From NCBI GenBank assembly GCA_903831575.1, contig CAIKYB010000046.1, forward strand, positions 16,986 through 80,985: 64,000 nucleotides of DNA. Direction: 5' to 3'. A program made the position numbers and the translations under genes. This document shows positions 48,146 through 58,738 of this stretch, in pieces (positions within the stretch are counted from its first letter, which is position 1; each line of letters opens with the position of its first letter). The notes beneath the pieces are model-generated. The model was not told the origin of the DNA. It was given only the letters and a program-made list of their open reading frames with translations, and made no database searches. This DNA is from an uncultured Bacteroidota bacterium (GTDB lineage Bacteria; Bacteroidota; Bacteroidia; Chitinophagales; Chitinophagaceae).

Positions 48146-49435
48146 TTATCTTTTCATCATGGCTTCGATTTCCTCTACAGTAATAGGAATATTTTTCATC
48201 AGATCTTTGTTTCCATTTTTTGTGATCCAAAAATTATTTTCGATACGAATACCCATTTGTTCTTCTTCAATATAAATGCCAGGCTCAATTGTAAACACCA
48301 TTCCAGCTTTTATGGATGAAGTACGAGTACCCAAATCATGTACATCAATTCCTAGATGATGAGAAATACCATGATATAAATATTGCGTATACGCTCTGTT
48401 ATCCGGATCTTCATTTTTAATATCCGATTTTTTAATCAGCCCAATTTTATGAAATACAATCGTTGCCTCATCTCCTATTTTCTTTGTATAATCAACAATA
48501 CTGATACCAGGCTTTAAAATACTTGCTGCGTAATGATGCAAATGCAAACAAGCATTATAAACAATTTTTTGTCTGCTGGTAAACTTTCCGTTAACAGGGA
48601 TTGTTCTTGTTAAATCTGCGCAATAATTGCCATATTCAGCACCAAAATCCATCAGCAATAAATCGCCGTTTTTGCACTCTTTATTATTTTCAACATAATG
48701 CAATGTTCTTGCGTTATCTCCTGAAGCGATAATAGATCCATAAGCAGGACCAGTAGCACGTTGCGACAAGAAAGAATGCCATATTTCAGCTTCGATTTCA
48801 TGCTCCATTACACCTGGCTTAATAAATTTCAACAACCTTCTAAAAGTAATATCTGTGATGTCAATGGCCTTTTGCATTACTTCGATTTCTTCCGGAGTTT
48901 TGATGGCTCTTAACTCTTTTAAAATCCTTGCACTTCTTTCATAACAATGAAGTGGATACCTTTCTCTCATCATTTGAGCATATCTATAATCTCTTACTGC
49001 AATATCATTTGATTTTCTATCATTTTCATTTGTGTTGAGATAAATAGTATTGGCCAGATGAACCCATGGCTGTAACATTCCATCAAGCATATCTAACCAA
49101 ATAATGGTTTGTATGCCAGAAATATTTTGCGCCTCTTGCTTTCTTAAACGACGTCCATCCCATTTCTCTTTATTTTCATTAGGTCTCACTAAAACAAGCA
49201 CCTCTCTATACTTCGGATCTGGATTATCAGGAAATAAAATCAACATGGAATCTTCCTGTTCAATACCTGTCAACCATAATAAATCTGAATTCTGTTTGAA
49301 TTTATACAATTGATCGCCGTTAGTAGGCAACTCATCATTACTATTAAAAATGGCGATAGCATGACTGCCCATTTTATCTAGAAATCGCTTACGGTTATTT
49401 ACAAAAATCTTAGGGTTTAAAGTATGATATTTCAT
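48146..49435 (-). CDS. Xaa-Pro aminopeptidase (M24B)
   Basis: MDFGAE..YCADLTRT, HHLGIDVHD, TIEPGIY, GIRIEN. Confidence 0.93.
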   Translation of the reverse strand: MKYHTLNPKIFVNNRKRFLDKMGSHAIAIFNSNDELPTNGDQLYKFKQNSDLLWLTGIEQEDSMLILFPDNPDPKYREVLVLVRPNENKEKWDGRRLRKQEAQNISGIQTIIWLDMLDGMLQPWVHLANTIYLNTNENDRKSNDIAVRDYRYAQMMRERYPLHCYERSARILKELRAIKTPEEIEVMQKAIDITDITFRRLLKFIKPGVMEHEIEAEIWHSFLSQRATGPAYGSIIASGDNARTLHYVENNKECKNGDLLLMDFGAEYGNYCADLTRTIPVNGKFTSRQKIVYNACLHLHHYAASILKPGISIVDYTKKIGDEATIVFHKIGLIKKSDIKNEDPDNRAYTQYLYHGISHHLGIDVHDLGTRTSSIKAGMVFTIEPGIYIEEEQMGIRIENNFWITKNGNKDLMKNIPITVEEIEAMMKR

Positions 49436-49794
49436 AAGTAAGTTAGTTTTATGTTTTGGTCACCTGTTATAGTCTTTATGATTATTCTTGATCGACAGTA
49501 AGACAATATTATAGATGTTTAATTAATTAAATTTAATTGACATGTATTTTTCGAAACGGATTACAATATACGGCATTATCAAATACTGAAAATTGAAGGA
49601 AGAATACTAGATAAATATTTCAAAAATAATCTGCATTCAAGTTTACAAGTATTTTGATAAACCCAAACAACCATTTTTTAAATATTTTTCAAACAATACT
49701 AAAATTAAAGACTTCTAATTAGATATTTTTTAATTTTTACTGATATTAATTTGTTTCCTATAAAAAACGAAACGCTATTTTTGGCCACCACAAC

Positions 49795-51408
49795 TTGAAT
49801 ATTATGTCAACACTTACAAGAAGTAAAGCGCCAAGCATAGCTTTATCATCGATTGGATTGAATACAAATAATGAAATTCATTATCAACTACTCCCCGAAG
49901 AATTAACACAACAAACCATTGCAAGAAAAGAAGGTTTATTAAATGATACTGGTGCACTTGTAATTAAAACTGGAGAATTCACTGGAAGAAGTCCGAAGGA
50001 TAAATTCATCGTAAAAGATGAAATTACCGCAAATAGTGTATTCTGGAATGATTTTAATCTTCCTATAGATGCAGCACATTTTGACAGCATTTATAAAAAA
50101 ATGATGGCTCATCTTTCTAAAGAAGAATTATGGGTAAGAGATGCTTATGCATGCTCGGACAATAATTATCGTTTACGCATTAGAGTTATCAATGAAAATC
50201 CATGGAGTAACTTGTTTGCCTATAACATGTTTTTAAGACCCGCTGAAAATGAATTATACAATTTTACTCCAGACTGGCATATCATTCAAGCTCCCAGTTT
50301 TAATGCAGATCCAAAAACTGATGGAACACGTCAGCATAACTTTGCAATTGTGAATTTCACTAAGAAGATGATTTTAATAGGTGGTACGGGATACACTGGA
50401 GAAATGAAAAAAGGCATCTTTACCATATTAAATTACATTCTGCCATTTGAAAAGCAGGTATTGAGTATGCATTGCTCCGCTAATATGGGCAAAGATGGAG
50501 ATACGGCCATTTTCTTTGGCCTAAGCGGTACAGGCAAAACAACTTTAAGCGCTGATCCACATAGAAGTCTGATTGGTGATGACGAGCATGGATGGACGAA
50601 CACTAGTGTATTTAATTTTGAAGGAGGATGCTATGCCAAAACTATTGACTTAAGTGAAGAGAAAGAACCCGAAATATTTCATGCCATAAAACCGGGCGCA
50701 TTAGTTGAAAATGTAACTTTTTTTCCAGGTACTAATAAGATTGATTTTTCGAGTAAGGAAATAACAGAAAATACCAGGGTTAGTTATCCGCTCTCTTTTA
50801 TCAGCAATGCCCTTGAGCCATCAATAGGTAAAACACCCAAAAATATTTTCTTTTTAACTGCAGATGCATATGGCATTCTTCCTCCTATTAGCAAATTAAC
50901 AGCAGGTCAGGCCATGTATCAATTCATCAGTGGCTATACTGCAAAAGTGGCGGGAACTGAAGCGGGTATCATTGAACCTAAGTCTACTTTCAGCGCTTGT
51001 TTTGGCGCTCCATTCCTTCCCCTTCATCCCGGATATTATGCAGAAATGCTCGGAAAGAAAATGAAGGAACATAACGTTAACGTATGGATGATAAATACAG
51101 GATGGAGCGGAGGACCTTATGGAATTGGTCATCGCATGAACTTGCCTTATACTAGAGCGATGATTACAGCAGCATTGGAAGGAAAATTAGACCATGTTAG
51201 TTATGAAGCGCATGAAGTGTTTGGAATGATGATGCCTACAACTTGTCCTGATGTACCGGCTGATATTTTAAATCCAAGAAATACCTGGGCAGATAAAAAT
51301 GCTTACGATAATAAAGCCGTTGAATTAGCCAAACAATTTGTAAAGAATTTCGAAAAATATGCAGCTGGTGTGAATGAGGAAACTATAAATGCAGCACCTA
51401 AGTGTTGA
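49795..51408 (+). CDS. pckA: Phosphoenolpyruvate carboxykinase (ATP); true start may be ATG at 49804
   Basis: TGRSPKDK, GLSGTGKTTLS, IGDDEHGW, FEGGCYAK; TATTTTTG promoter at 49776-49783. Confidence 0.97.
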   Translation: MNIMSTLTRSKAPSIALSSIGLNTNNEIHYQLLPEELTQQTIARKEGLLNDTGALVIKTGEFTGRSPKDKFIVKDEITANSVFWNDFNLPIDAAHFDSIYKKMMAHLSKEELWVRDAYACSDNNYRLRIRVINENPWSNLFAYNMFLRPAENELYNFTPDWHIIQAPSFNADPKTDGTRQHNFAIVNFTKKMILIGGTGYTGEMKKGIFTILNYILPFEKQVLSMHCSANMGKDGDTAIFFGLSGTGKTTLSADPHRSLIGDDEHGWTNTSVFNFEGGCYAKTIDLSEEKEPEIFHAIKPGALVENVTFFPGTNKIDFSSKEITENTRVSYPLSFISNALEPSIGKTPKNIFFLTADAYGILPPISKLTAGQAMYQFISGYTAKVAGTEAGIIEPKSTFSACFGAPFLPLHPGYYAEMLGKKMKEHNVNVWMINTGWSGGPYGIGHRMNLPYTRAMITAALEGKLDHVSYEAHEVFGMMMPTTCPDVPADILNPRNTWADKNAYDNKAVELAKQFVKNFEKYAAGVNEETINAAPKC

Positions 51409-51456
51409 TTGGTTGAAGGGTGGTTGAAGATGGTTGATTTTAAGATTAAGGAGCTA

Positions 51457-52113
51457 TCAAAAAATCATTTCCGGAATCTCTCCCTCAATAATCAACTTGC
51501 CTGATGTTTTAGCTGCAATTTCTTCTACAGATACTCCAGGAGCTCGCTCCAGCAATTTAAATCCTTGATCCGTCACGTCCATTACAGCAAGATCAGTTAC
51601 GACTTTTTTCACACAGCCTACGCCCGTTAATGGCAACGAACATGTTTTCAATAATTTACTCTCCCCTTTTGGATTAGTGTGCATCATAGCCACAATAATA
51701 TTTTTTGCACTAGCGACAAGATCCATGGCGCCGCCCATTCCCTTAACCATTTTTCCGGGGATTTTCCAATTGGCAATATCTCCATTTTCACTTACTTCCA
51801 TAGCGCCCAAAACTGTCAAATTAACCTTCCCGGATCTGATCATTCCAAAACTCATAGCACTATCAAAAAAAGCTGAACCTGGGACAGTTGTAATAGTTTG
51901 TTTCCCTGCATTAATCAAATCGGGATCTTCCTGCCCTGCTATTGGGAATGGTCCCATTCCTAATAACCCATTTTCACTTTGCAAAACAACATTAACCCCT
52001 TCCGGAATATAATTAGCCACTAAAGTAGGGATGCCAATGCCAAGATTAACATAATAGCCATCTTTTAATTCCTTTGCAATACGTTTCGCTATTTGAAATT
52101 TATCTAAAGCCAT
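51457..52113 (-). CDS. scoB: 3-oxoacid CoA-transferase subunit B
   Basis: [15 protein letters not shown] (catalytic Glu), GMGGAMDL. Confidence 0.94.
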   Translation of the reverse strand: MALDKFQIAKRIAKELKDGYYVNLGIGIPTLVANYIPEGVNVVLQSENGLLGMGPFPIAGQEDPDLINAGKQTITTVPGSAFFDSAMSFGMIRSGKVNLTVLGAMEVSENGDIANWKIPGKMVKGMGGAMDLVASAKNIIVAMMHTNPKGESKLLKTCSLPLTGVGCVKKVVTDLAVMDVTDQGFKLLERAPGVSVEEIAAKTSGKLIIEGEIPEMIF

Positions 52114-52147
52114 TTGGTAATTTATAATAAATAAAAATAAAACCCAA

Positions 52148-52840
52148 CTACTTCCTTACAGTAAGATTCTCGATTCTCTTTTGATAATTTGCTCCTTTAA
52201 AAATACGATTCACATAAATTCCGGGAGTATGGATTTCATTAGGGTCAAGCTCACCAGCAGGCAATAATTCTTCTACCTCAGCAATCGTAATCTTTCCCGC
52301 CATTGCCATAAGTGGGTTAAAATTACGTGCGGTTCCTTTGAAAATAAGATTACCCATCATATCGCCCTTCCATGCTTTTACAAATGCAAAATCAGCATCA
52401 AATGCCATTTCCAATAAATAATCTTTCCCATTAAAATTCCTCACTTCTTTTCCTTCAGCCACTTCTGTACCTACACCTGCAGGCGTAAAGATAGCAGGTA
52501 ATCCATACCCTGCTGCCATACAACGAGTCGCCAATGTCCCTTGTGGAATCAACTCTACATCTAACTCTCCGCTCAATAATTGCCTTTCAAATTCAGCATT
52601 TTCCCCAACATAGGAGGATATCATTTTTTTTACCTGCTTTTGGTGAAGCATCAAGCCAATTCCAAAATCATCAACTCCTGCATTATTTGAAATGCAAGTC
52701 AGATTCATTACTTTTTTTTCAACCAATGCAGTAATGCAATTCTCCGGAATGCCGCACAATCCAAAGCCGCCAAACATGATAACAGCGCCGTCCTGGACAT
52801 CTTCTACTGCATGTGTAGCATTGTTAAATAACTTATTCAT
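52148..52840 (-). CDS. scoA: 3-oxoacid CoA-transferase subunit A
   Basis: [30 protein letters not shown]. Confidence 0.94.
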   Translation of the reverse strand: MNKLFNNATHAVEDVQDGAVIMFGGFGLCGIPENCITALVEKKVMNLTCISNNAGVDDFGIGLMLHQKQVKKMISSYVGENAEFERQLLSGELDVELIPQGTLATRCMAAGYGLPAIFTPAGVGTEVAEGKEVRNFNGKDYLLEMAFDADFAFVKAWKGDMMGNLIFKGTARNFNPLMAMAGKITIAEVEELLPAGELDPNEIHTPGIYVNRIFKGANYQKRIENLTVRK

Positions 52841-53204
52841 TATTTCTGAAAATATTAAGTTTACGCTTTTTATTAAACCTTACGCTGTTTTGCTGTACAG
52901 ATAAACTATCCAAAATACCCGTCATCATCTCTCCATGTGTATTATAATAATCAAAACTTTCATAGAAATCTGTTTTTGATATGCTGTATTTTTTGAAAAT
53001 TTTATTTTGCAATTTTATATTTTCAATGGTATCATTCTTAGTGCTGTCATACTTAAGTATCTGACTAGAGTAAACTTCAGCATTGATATAATCAAGCATT
53101 ATGGATTGCATCTTTTTAGGCTCAATCAAGTTTTTCGGAACTTGGTCCTTTTGATTGCAAGCAAAAAAGAAAAAAGAAATCAGCAATGTAAAGACGATTC
53201 TCAT
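52833..53204 (-). CDS. DUF4296-like lipoprotein
   Basis: Lipobox FFAC; short helical protein in the typical coaBC-porD context. Confidence 0.7.
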   Translation of the reverse strand: MRIVFTLLISFFFFACNQKDQVPKNLIEPKKMQSIMLDYINAEVYSSQILKYDSTKNDTIENIKLQNKIFKKYSISKTDFYESFDYYNTHGEMMTGILDSLSVQQNSVRFNKKRKLNIFRNNE

Positions 53205-54118
53205 TTTAGTTCATCTTTATATTTTGATAAATTGGTAATATCAAGCTTTGATAAAATTTCGATAGCTTTTGCTTTTTCAGGAGGAGTTGCTTTCGATAAT
53301 ATTTTTACCAACTCATTAGATTTTCCTTGAAAGAAAAACTGATTAATCATCGTATTCGGATTTTCAACATTAAACGTATTTAACTTTTCCAATACATTAA
53401 ATAATGTGGCTCTTGCAACTTTCTCATCATCATATAATTTATCCATCACCGATCTATAGTAATCATAATAAATTTCATTAAATGCCGCATAACGGGAATT
53501 GAGGATATTTTCAACAAGCCAATACCTGTTCCTTACTCCATCAAATGGCTTCCATCCCGTAATGTCATTACCATCTGGTGCATTATTTACAATATTCTGA
53601 GCTTTTTGAAAATACACATCGCCTCCGTTCTTAGAAAAAGAGGCTGCATCAAAGCCTATAATCATATAAACATAATAAGCCACAACTGCAGTAAGATTTG
53701 AAACAAGACCGTCATTACCCGAAACACGATTCTCATTAAAATCCAACTGTTGAAATTCCTGATATTTAAACTTTATTTTATCATCCTTGTAATTTACGAT
53801 TGGGGCGAGATAAGAAGAGTTGAATACAGGCCTTGCTGCTTGAATAATTAATGAAGCTGAATAAACATTAGTCTCATCCGTGGGCTCCAATGTTAATAGG
53901 AAATTACATTCTATCCTTTCATTTTGAGTAAATGTCTCATTCGTCCATTTTCTGTTATTTAAAAAATTCACTAAAGAGGTTTGTAATGTTTGAAAAGTAT
54001 TCTTACTGACATTAGACCCGACTTTTGAAGAAACGATATTGACATTTGCTTTCAATTCCTGTGCAATAAGTGAATCCGATAAAACTAATGAGATAAATAG
54101 AATAAATAATTTACGCAT
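53201..54118 (-). CDS. porD: DUF4835 family / type IX secretion protein PorD
   Basis: AQELKANVNI, FLNNRKWT, NLTAVVAYYVY, RYWLVEN; position after coaBC. Confidence 0.75.
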   Translation of the reverse strand: MRKLFILFISLVLSDSLIAQELKANVNIVSSKVGSNVSKNTFQTLQTSLVNFLNNRKWTNETFTQNERIECNFLLTLEPTDETNVYSASLIIQAARPVFNSSYLAPIVNYKDDKIKFKYQEFQQLDFNENRVSGNDGLVSNLTAVVAYYVYMIIGFDAASFSKNGGDVYFQKAQNIVNNAPDGNDITGWKPFDGVRNRYWLVENILNSRYAAFNEIYYDYYRSVMDKLYDDEKVARATLFNVLEKLNTFNVENPNTMINQFFFQGKSNELVKILSKATPPEKAKAIEILSKLDITNLSKYKDELK

Positions 54119-55304
54119 AAGAATGGTTAAGGATGGTGTTGATAATATCGAAAGCTACTTCTTTTTTAGATTTCATGTCAAAAGTAAATTCGCGGCCTGA
54201 TTTATCAAAAATAGCAACTTTATTGGTATCTAGTCCAAAGCCAGCGCCAGCATCATTTAACGAATTCAAAACGATAAAATCAGCATGTTTTGAATGCAAT
54301 TTTGATAGTGCATTTTCTTTTTCATGATCCGTTTCCAATGCAAATCCAACTACTATTTGATGGCTGCCTTTTTTTTCACCTAATGATTTCAAGATGTCTT
54401 TTGTTTTTGTTAAATGAATATCTAAATCATCGGAAGCTTTTTTTATTTTATTTGCTGCAGGAGTAGCAATACTATAGTCGGCTACAGCAGCACTCATAAT
54501 AGCAATATCCATTTTGTCGAAATTATCTGTACAGGCATTGTACATTTCTGCAGCAGTAGTCACTTTGATTAGTGAGATATTTGTTGGAATAGAAATAGCT
54601 GTAGGTCCGCAAACAAGCGTAACATTTGCACCTCTTCTTTTACATTCTACAGCCAATGCAATTCCCATTTTACCAGAAGAGTGATTTCCTATAAACCTTA
54701 CAGCGTCTATAGGTTCATATGTTGGACCTGCCGTGATTAAAACATTTTTCCCTTTAAGTTGAAGCCCTTCTTCAAAATAATTCTTGAGCCAATCAATAAT
54801 ATTTTCCGGCTCTGCCATTCTTCCGGGACCAATTAAACCACTTGCTAATTCACCATGTTCAACAGGTATCAGGTGATTTCCATAAGATTTTATTTTGAGT
54901 AAATTTTCTTGTGTTGAAGGATGCATCCACATATCCTCATCCATTGCAGGCGCCACCACTACAGGACAGGTTGCAGATAAATAAACAGCCATCAATAAGT
55001 TGTCGCAATTTCCATTTGCCATTTTAGCAAGGGAATTACAACTGAGTGGTGCAATCAACATTACATCTGCCCATCTTCCTAAAGAAACATGATTGGACCA
55101 AGTTTCATTATCAAACAAAGCCGAAAGTACTGGATTTTTTGAAAGAGTGGAAAGTGTTAAGGAGGAAATGAAATCAAGAGAAGCAGGCGTCATGATAACC
55201 TTTACATCTGCGCCAGCTTTTTTTAATAGTCTCACCAATACTGCAGACTTATAAGCCGCAATACTTGCTGTAATTCCTATTAATATTTTTTTCCCTTTTA
55301 ACAT
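54111..55304 (-). CDS. coaBC: Bifunctional phosphopantothenoylcysteine decarboxylase/ligase
   Basis: SIAAYKS, APAMDEDM, ITAGPTYEPIDAVRFIGNHSSGKMG, VGFALET. Confidence 0.96.
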   Translation of the reverse strand: MLKGKKILIGITASIAAYKSAVLVRLLKKAGADVKVIMTPASLDFISSLTLSTLSKNPVLSALFDNETWSNHVSLGRWADVMLIAPLSCNSLAKMANGNCDNLLMAVYLSATCPVVVAPAMDEDMWMHPSTQENLLKIKSYGNHLIPVEHGELASGLIGPGRMAEPENIIDWLKNYFEEGLQLKGKNVLITAGPTYEPIDAVRFIGNHSSGKMGIALAVECKRRGANVTLVCGPTAISIPTNISLIKVTTAAEMYNACTDNFDKMDIAIMSAAVADYSIATPAANKIKKASDDLDIHLTKTKDILKSLGEKKGSHQIVVGFALETDHEKENALSKLHSKHADFIVLNSLNDAGAGFGLDTNKVAIFDKSGREFTFDMKSKKEVAFDIINTILNHSYA

Positions 55305-55333
55305 AAAAAAAAGACCCCGCAGTTGTGCGGGGT
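55305..55333 (-). terminator. Terminator-like hairpin whose U-tract abuts the coaBC ATG
   Basis: Minus strand ACCCCGCA-CAAC-TGCGGGGT-C-T8-ATG. Confidence 0.65.
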
Positions 55334-55386
55334 AAAATTATAACAAGTATTCTATATCAAAGCGTAAAATTCGTCCTAAGATAGAA

Positions 55387-55728
55387 TTAACTAAATAAAT
55401 TTTCATCATTCCTGCGAAAGTAAACCTTGTCTTCCAGGAACTCAGTAGTTGCCAACAAAGAAGGATTGGGCATTCTCTCGTATGCTCTTGAAATTTCAAT
55501 CTGCTCCTTATTTTCATGAATTTCTTCTAAACTATCTGTATGGCTTGCAAATTCTTCCAGTTTATTATGAAGTTCTTCTTTAATAGTAATGTTTATTTGA
55601 TTAGCTCTTTTTGCGATTACAGCAATAGACTCATATAAATTGCCGGATTTTTCTTTCAAATCAGCTAGTTTCTTTGGTTCAACAGAACTACTTGTATTAC
55701 CGCTTAGATGACGACGAAGTTTGCTCAT
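55387..55728 (-). CDS. rpoZ: RNA polymerase subunit omega (Bacteroidota type)
   Basis: GNLYESIAVIAKRANQI, ENKEQIEISRAYERMPNP; between bamD and coaBC. Confidence 0.88.
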   Translation of the reverse strand: MSKLRRHLSGNTSSSVEPKKLADLKEKSGNLYESIAVIAKRANQINITIKEELHNKLEEFASHTDSLEEIHENKEQIEISRAYERMPNPSLLATTEFLEDKVYFRRNDENLFS

Positions 55729-56527
55729 TTTTTATGATTTTTAATTGATTTTGACTTAATATACTATATGTTTCTGCTACTTTTAATATTTTACTTTCGG
55801 GATATCTATCAATGAAATCTTCATACTCTGCTATTACTTTCAAATAACGCTCCTCTTGCTTTTCAAAAATGCTCATTTTGGCAAACTTGAAATAAGACTT
55901 AACTACCATCAGTTTATAATTTTCACCTGACAGAGATTCCGGGTAGTTATTCATCAACATTGAAAACGCTATTGCTGATGCCCTATATTCACCTAAATTA
56001 TAGTATAACTGAGCAGTTTTAAATTCTTTCGACTCTAATTTAGCTCTTGATTTATCTATAATTTCTGTTGCTTCTTTTATACGTGCAGAACCAGGATGTA
56101 TATTAATGAAAGTCTGCATCATATTCATCGCCTTTAAAGTAGTGGTTTGATCCAATTCCAATTTTGGCGATTGCTTGAAATAACAAACTCCTCTCATGAA
56201 ATCCAGCTCTTCTGTTTTCTTACTATTGGGAAAAACTTCCAAATATCCCTTAAATAGATTCTCGGCATCTTTATATAACCCATCGTAAAAAAAACAATAA
56301 GCATATTTATAATACAAATCTTCAAATTTAGCCGTCCCTTTGAATACAGGGAATAACTCTTCGTATAATTGTTGTGAAAACTTATACTTTTTTTCACTAA
56401 AATATTCGTCTGCTTTTACCAGTTTATACTCAAAATCTTTACTTTTTTGAATTTTACTGAACTTATTGCATGAAATTGTAGTAACCCATACAATCAAAAA
56501 AGTAAATATTATTATTAAGTACCGCAT
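55697..56527 (-). CDS. bamD: Outer membrane protein assembly factor BamD (lipoprotein)
   Basis: Lipobox TISC; TPR-like helices; SPKLELDQT; start moved to ATG 56527 because the TAGTTTTG promoter (56537-56544) overlaps the longer start. Confidence 0.9.
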   Translation of the reverse strand: MRYLIIIFTFLIVWVTTISCNKFSKIQKSKDFEYKLVKADEYFSEKKYKFSQQLYEELFPVFKGTAKFEDLYYKYAYCFFYDGLYKDAENLFKGYLEVFPNSKKTEELDFMRGVCYFKQSPKLELDQTTTLKAMNMMQTFINIHPGSARIKEATEIIDKSRAKLESKEFKTAQLYYNLGEYRASAIAFSMLMNNYPESLSGENYKLMVVKSYFKFAKMSIFEKQEERYLKVIAEYEDFIDRYPESKILKVAETYSILSQNQLKIIKNEQTSSSSKR

Positions 56528-56819
56528 AAAGAGTCGCAAAACTAATGGATTTTTCTCAAATAATAACAGATTGATTTAGATTTTAGTCCAAATGAATTTG
56601 TTAAAAACCTATTGTAATAACCGTTAAATCACTTTTCAGATAGTACAATTCCCGATATATCATTGGAGATATGCTTTAGGAATAGGTTCGTACCAATAAA
56701 TAAGTATAAGATTTGGGAGTATTTATTTGAAGAGGCAGTTTGGAGATTACAAATATTTACAACTGCTGACTATTCAATGTAATTGCATTGAAATTATTTA
56801 GATTATACTAATTAAAAAA

Positions 56820-56848
56820 AATAAACCCTCCATTTTGGAGGGCTTATT
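56820..56848 (-). terminator. Intrinsic terminator after the large OmpA gene
   Basis: CCCTCCA/TGGAGGG stem followed on minus strand by TTTATTTTTTTT. Confidence 0.75.
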
Positions 56849-56870
56849 TAAAGTTATATCTTAAAAATTA

Positions 56871-58496
56871 CTAGTTAGATTTTATATCTACTGTATTTTT
56901 GTCTCCAGCACCTACTTCACATTTAGTCGTTATTCTATCCGCACTAATGCCTTCTTTTTGAACCAATTGCATTTTAACTGCATCTACTCTTTGCTGACAT
57001 AATGCTTGTGACCCTTTTGAAGCCTCAGGATAACCATTAATTACAATCGTACAAGTAGGATGAGCTTTCATTTTAGTTGCAACTGCATTAAGCATTGTTT
57101 TTAAATCCTTAGTTAATCTTGAATTGCTTCCACCGAATGATAAACTTGGGTAATCTGCTGGGCAAGGATTTGCAAGTTCTGAAGGCTTCATGTTTTTACA
57201 ACATTCAGGATCAGGACATTTCCCAACACCATCTGCATTAACTGGCTGACACTCAGAAGGCGTTATTAATTGCTTATCCATATAATCAGGAACACCATCA
57301 CCATCAGTATCTCTTGATACTCCATGAGTATCAACTGAAGCACCTGCAGGAGTACCCGGCTCACGATCTAATTGATCAAGAACGCCATCGCCATCAGCAT
57401 CTTCATAAACCGGTTTAGGGAATTTCGTATGTCTAGGATTGTTCAATTCTCCGTAAACATAATCCAAAGGATTAATCCACCATAATGGTTCAATTGCTTT
57501 TGATCCTAAATTGAAATTCAATCCTAATGATAAGTAATTATACGAATCCCAATTGCTAGTCATCGCTGCATCACCCATAGGATGTTCTTGCCATTGTTGA
57601 CCATCAAGCAAATCATCTTTTATGAAAGTGTGACGATTCTCAAGTGATATATTGATTCTTTTTGCCAATTTGTAACTAGCCCCAAATAATACTGTTGTAG
57701 AGAATTGTAAGGTTTGACTACCTAATTTAGCTCTGCGTTCTCCATTATTTTGTGCATCAGTTTCGTATGTATTATCCATACCCGCTTTTAAAGCCTTTAC
57801 AATGGCTTTTCTATTTTTATATTTATTCCCCTCATTTGTAAACACATCAGCATACAACTTAGAATAGGTTTCCCCTGTTGACTCATTATATGCGTTTATT
57901 TTAGTCTCGTAAGCGGTTGCACCAATTCCTGCACCACCATAGAAAACAAATTTAGTTTTGTTCTTGTGAAATCTAATGTTGTTTAATGTAAAAATACCTT
58001 GTAGACTCAAATCTTGAGTTTTGTTTTTGTAATTATAATACACTAACTCAGCTGCTTGACCTGGAATTGTGGTGCCACCTGGAAAATTATTTGAAGGGGC
58101 ACTATAATATTGATTTAATGCTGTATTGTTACCGAAGTTTTCAGCAGCATTCCAATTCAATCCTTTTGCAGTTCCATATAAATATTGTAATCTTAAAGAA
58201 ACAACATAACCGATAGCTTTTCTTACATGTGCAGAAAACCCGAAAGTTGGTAAAACAGTAGAAACATCACCTGAAACATTAAACATACCTCCAGAAACCC
58301 CAATTTCCCACATATTGCGTGGTTTAGCAGGGAAATTATAAGAATTGTTTAGGAATTCATTATGTTGTGGTCTTCCCTTACGTGTAACAACAGAAGAGTC
58401 ATAAACACTGTAACCACTATTGGATTGTTGTGCGAATGTTGAACCCAAAACTGTGATAATTAAGACTAGTAATAGACTGTACTTTTTACTTTGCAT
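56871..58496 (-). CDS. OmpA family outer membrane protein with thrombospondin type 3-like repeats
   Basis: Signal peptide (TFAQ), beta-barrel-like N-terminus, DADGDGVLD/DTDGDGVPD repeats, C-terminal OmpA-like domain; TAGATTTG promoter at 58543-58550. Confidence 0.85.
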   Translation of the reverse strand: MQSKKYSLLLVLIITVLGSTFAQQSNSGYSVYDSSVVTRKGRPQHNEFLNNSYNFPAKPRNMWEIGVSGGMFNVSGDVSTVLPTFGFSAHVRKAIGYVVSLRLQYLYGTAKGLNWNAAENFGNNTALNQYYSAPSNNFPGGTTIPGQAAELVYYNYKNKTQDLSLQGIFTLNNIRFHKNKTKFVFYGGAGIGATAYETKINAYNESTGETYSKLYADVFTNEGNKYKNRKAIVKALKAGMDNTYETDAQNNGERRAKLGSQTLQFSTTVLFGASYKLAKRINISLENRHTFIKDDLLDGQQWQEHPMGDAAMTSNWDSYNYLSLGLNFNLGSKAIEPLWWINPLDYVYGELNNPRHTKFPKPVYEDADGDGVLDQLDREPGTPAGASVDTHGVSRDTDGDGVPDYMDKQLITPSECQPVNADGVGKCPDPECCKNMKPSELANPCPADYPSLSFGGSNSRLTKDLKTMLNAVATKMKAHPTCTIVINGYPEASKGSQALCQQRVDAVKMQLVQKEGISADRITTKCEVGAGDKNTVDIKSN

Positions 58497-58738
58497 ATAT
58501 TTAATGGTTAATAGTTTTCTAAATATAAAAAATTCCGCATCGCAAATCTATTCAAGAAATACGCAATCACCAAAAAAAAGGCCTTTTATTTAAAAAAAAC
58601 ACTAATAAACCAGTGTTTTTAAAATAATCTAGCCGATTTATGATTGAAATAAGAAACCCTTAATTAAATACGCCCCGAATAGGGCTATAATTATTTCTTT
58701 GATTGGTTTGTAAGCTTCGTTATCTTGCCAATTGTAAT

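Noticed and set aside
56774-56793. Near-palindrome TTCAATGTAATTGCATTGAA as a transcription factor site
   Set aside because: Single AT-rich instance with no second copy and no linked regulator; cannot be supported.
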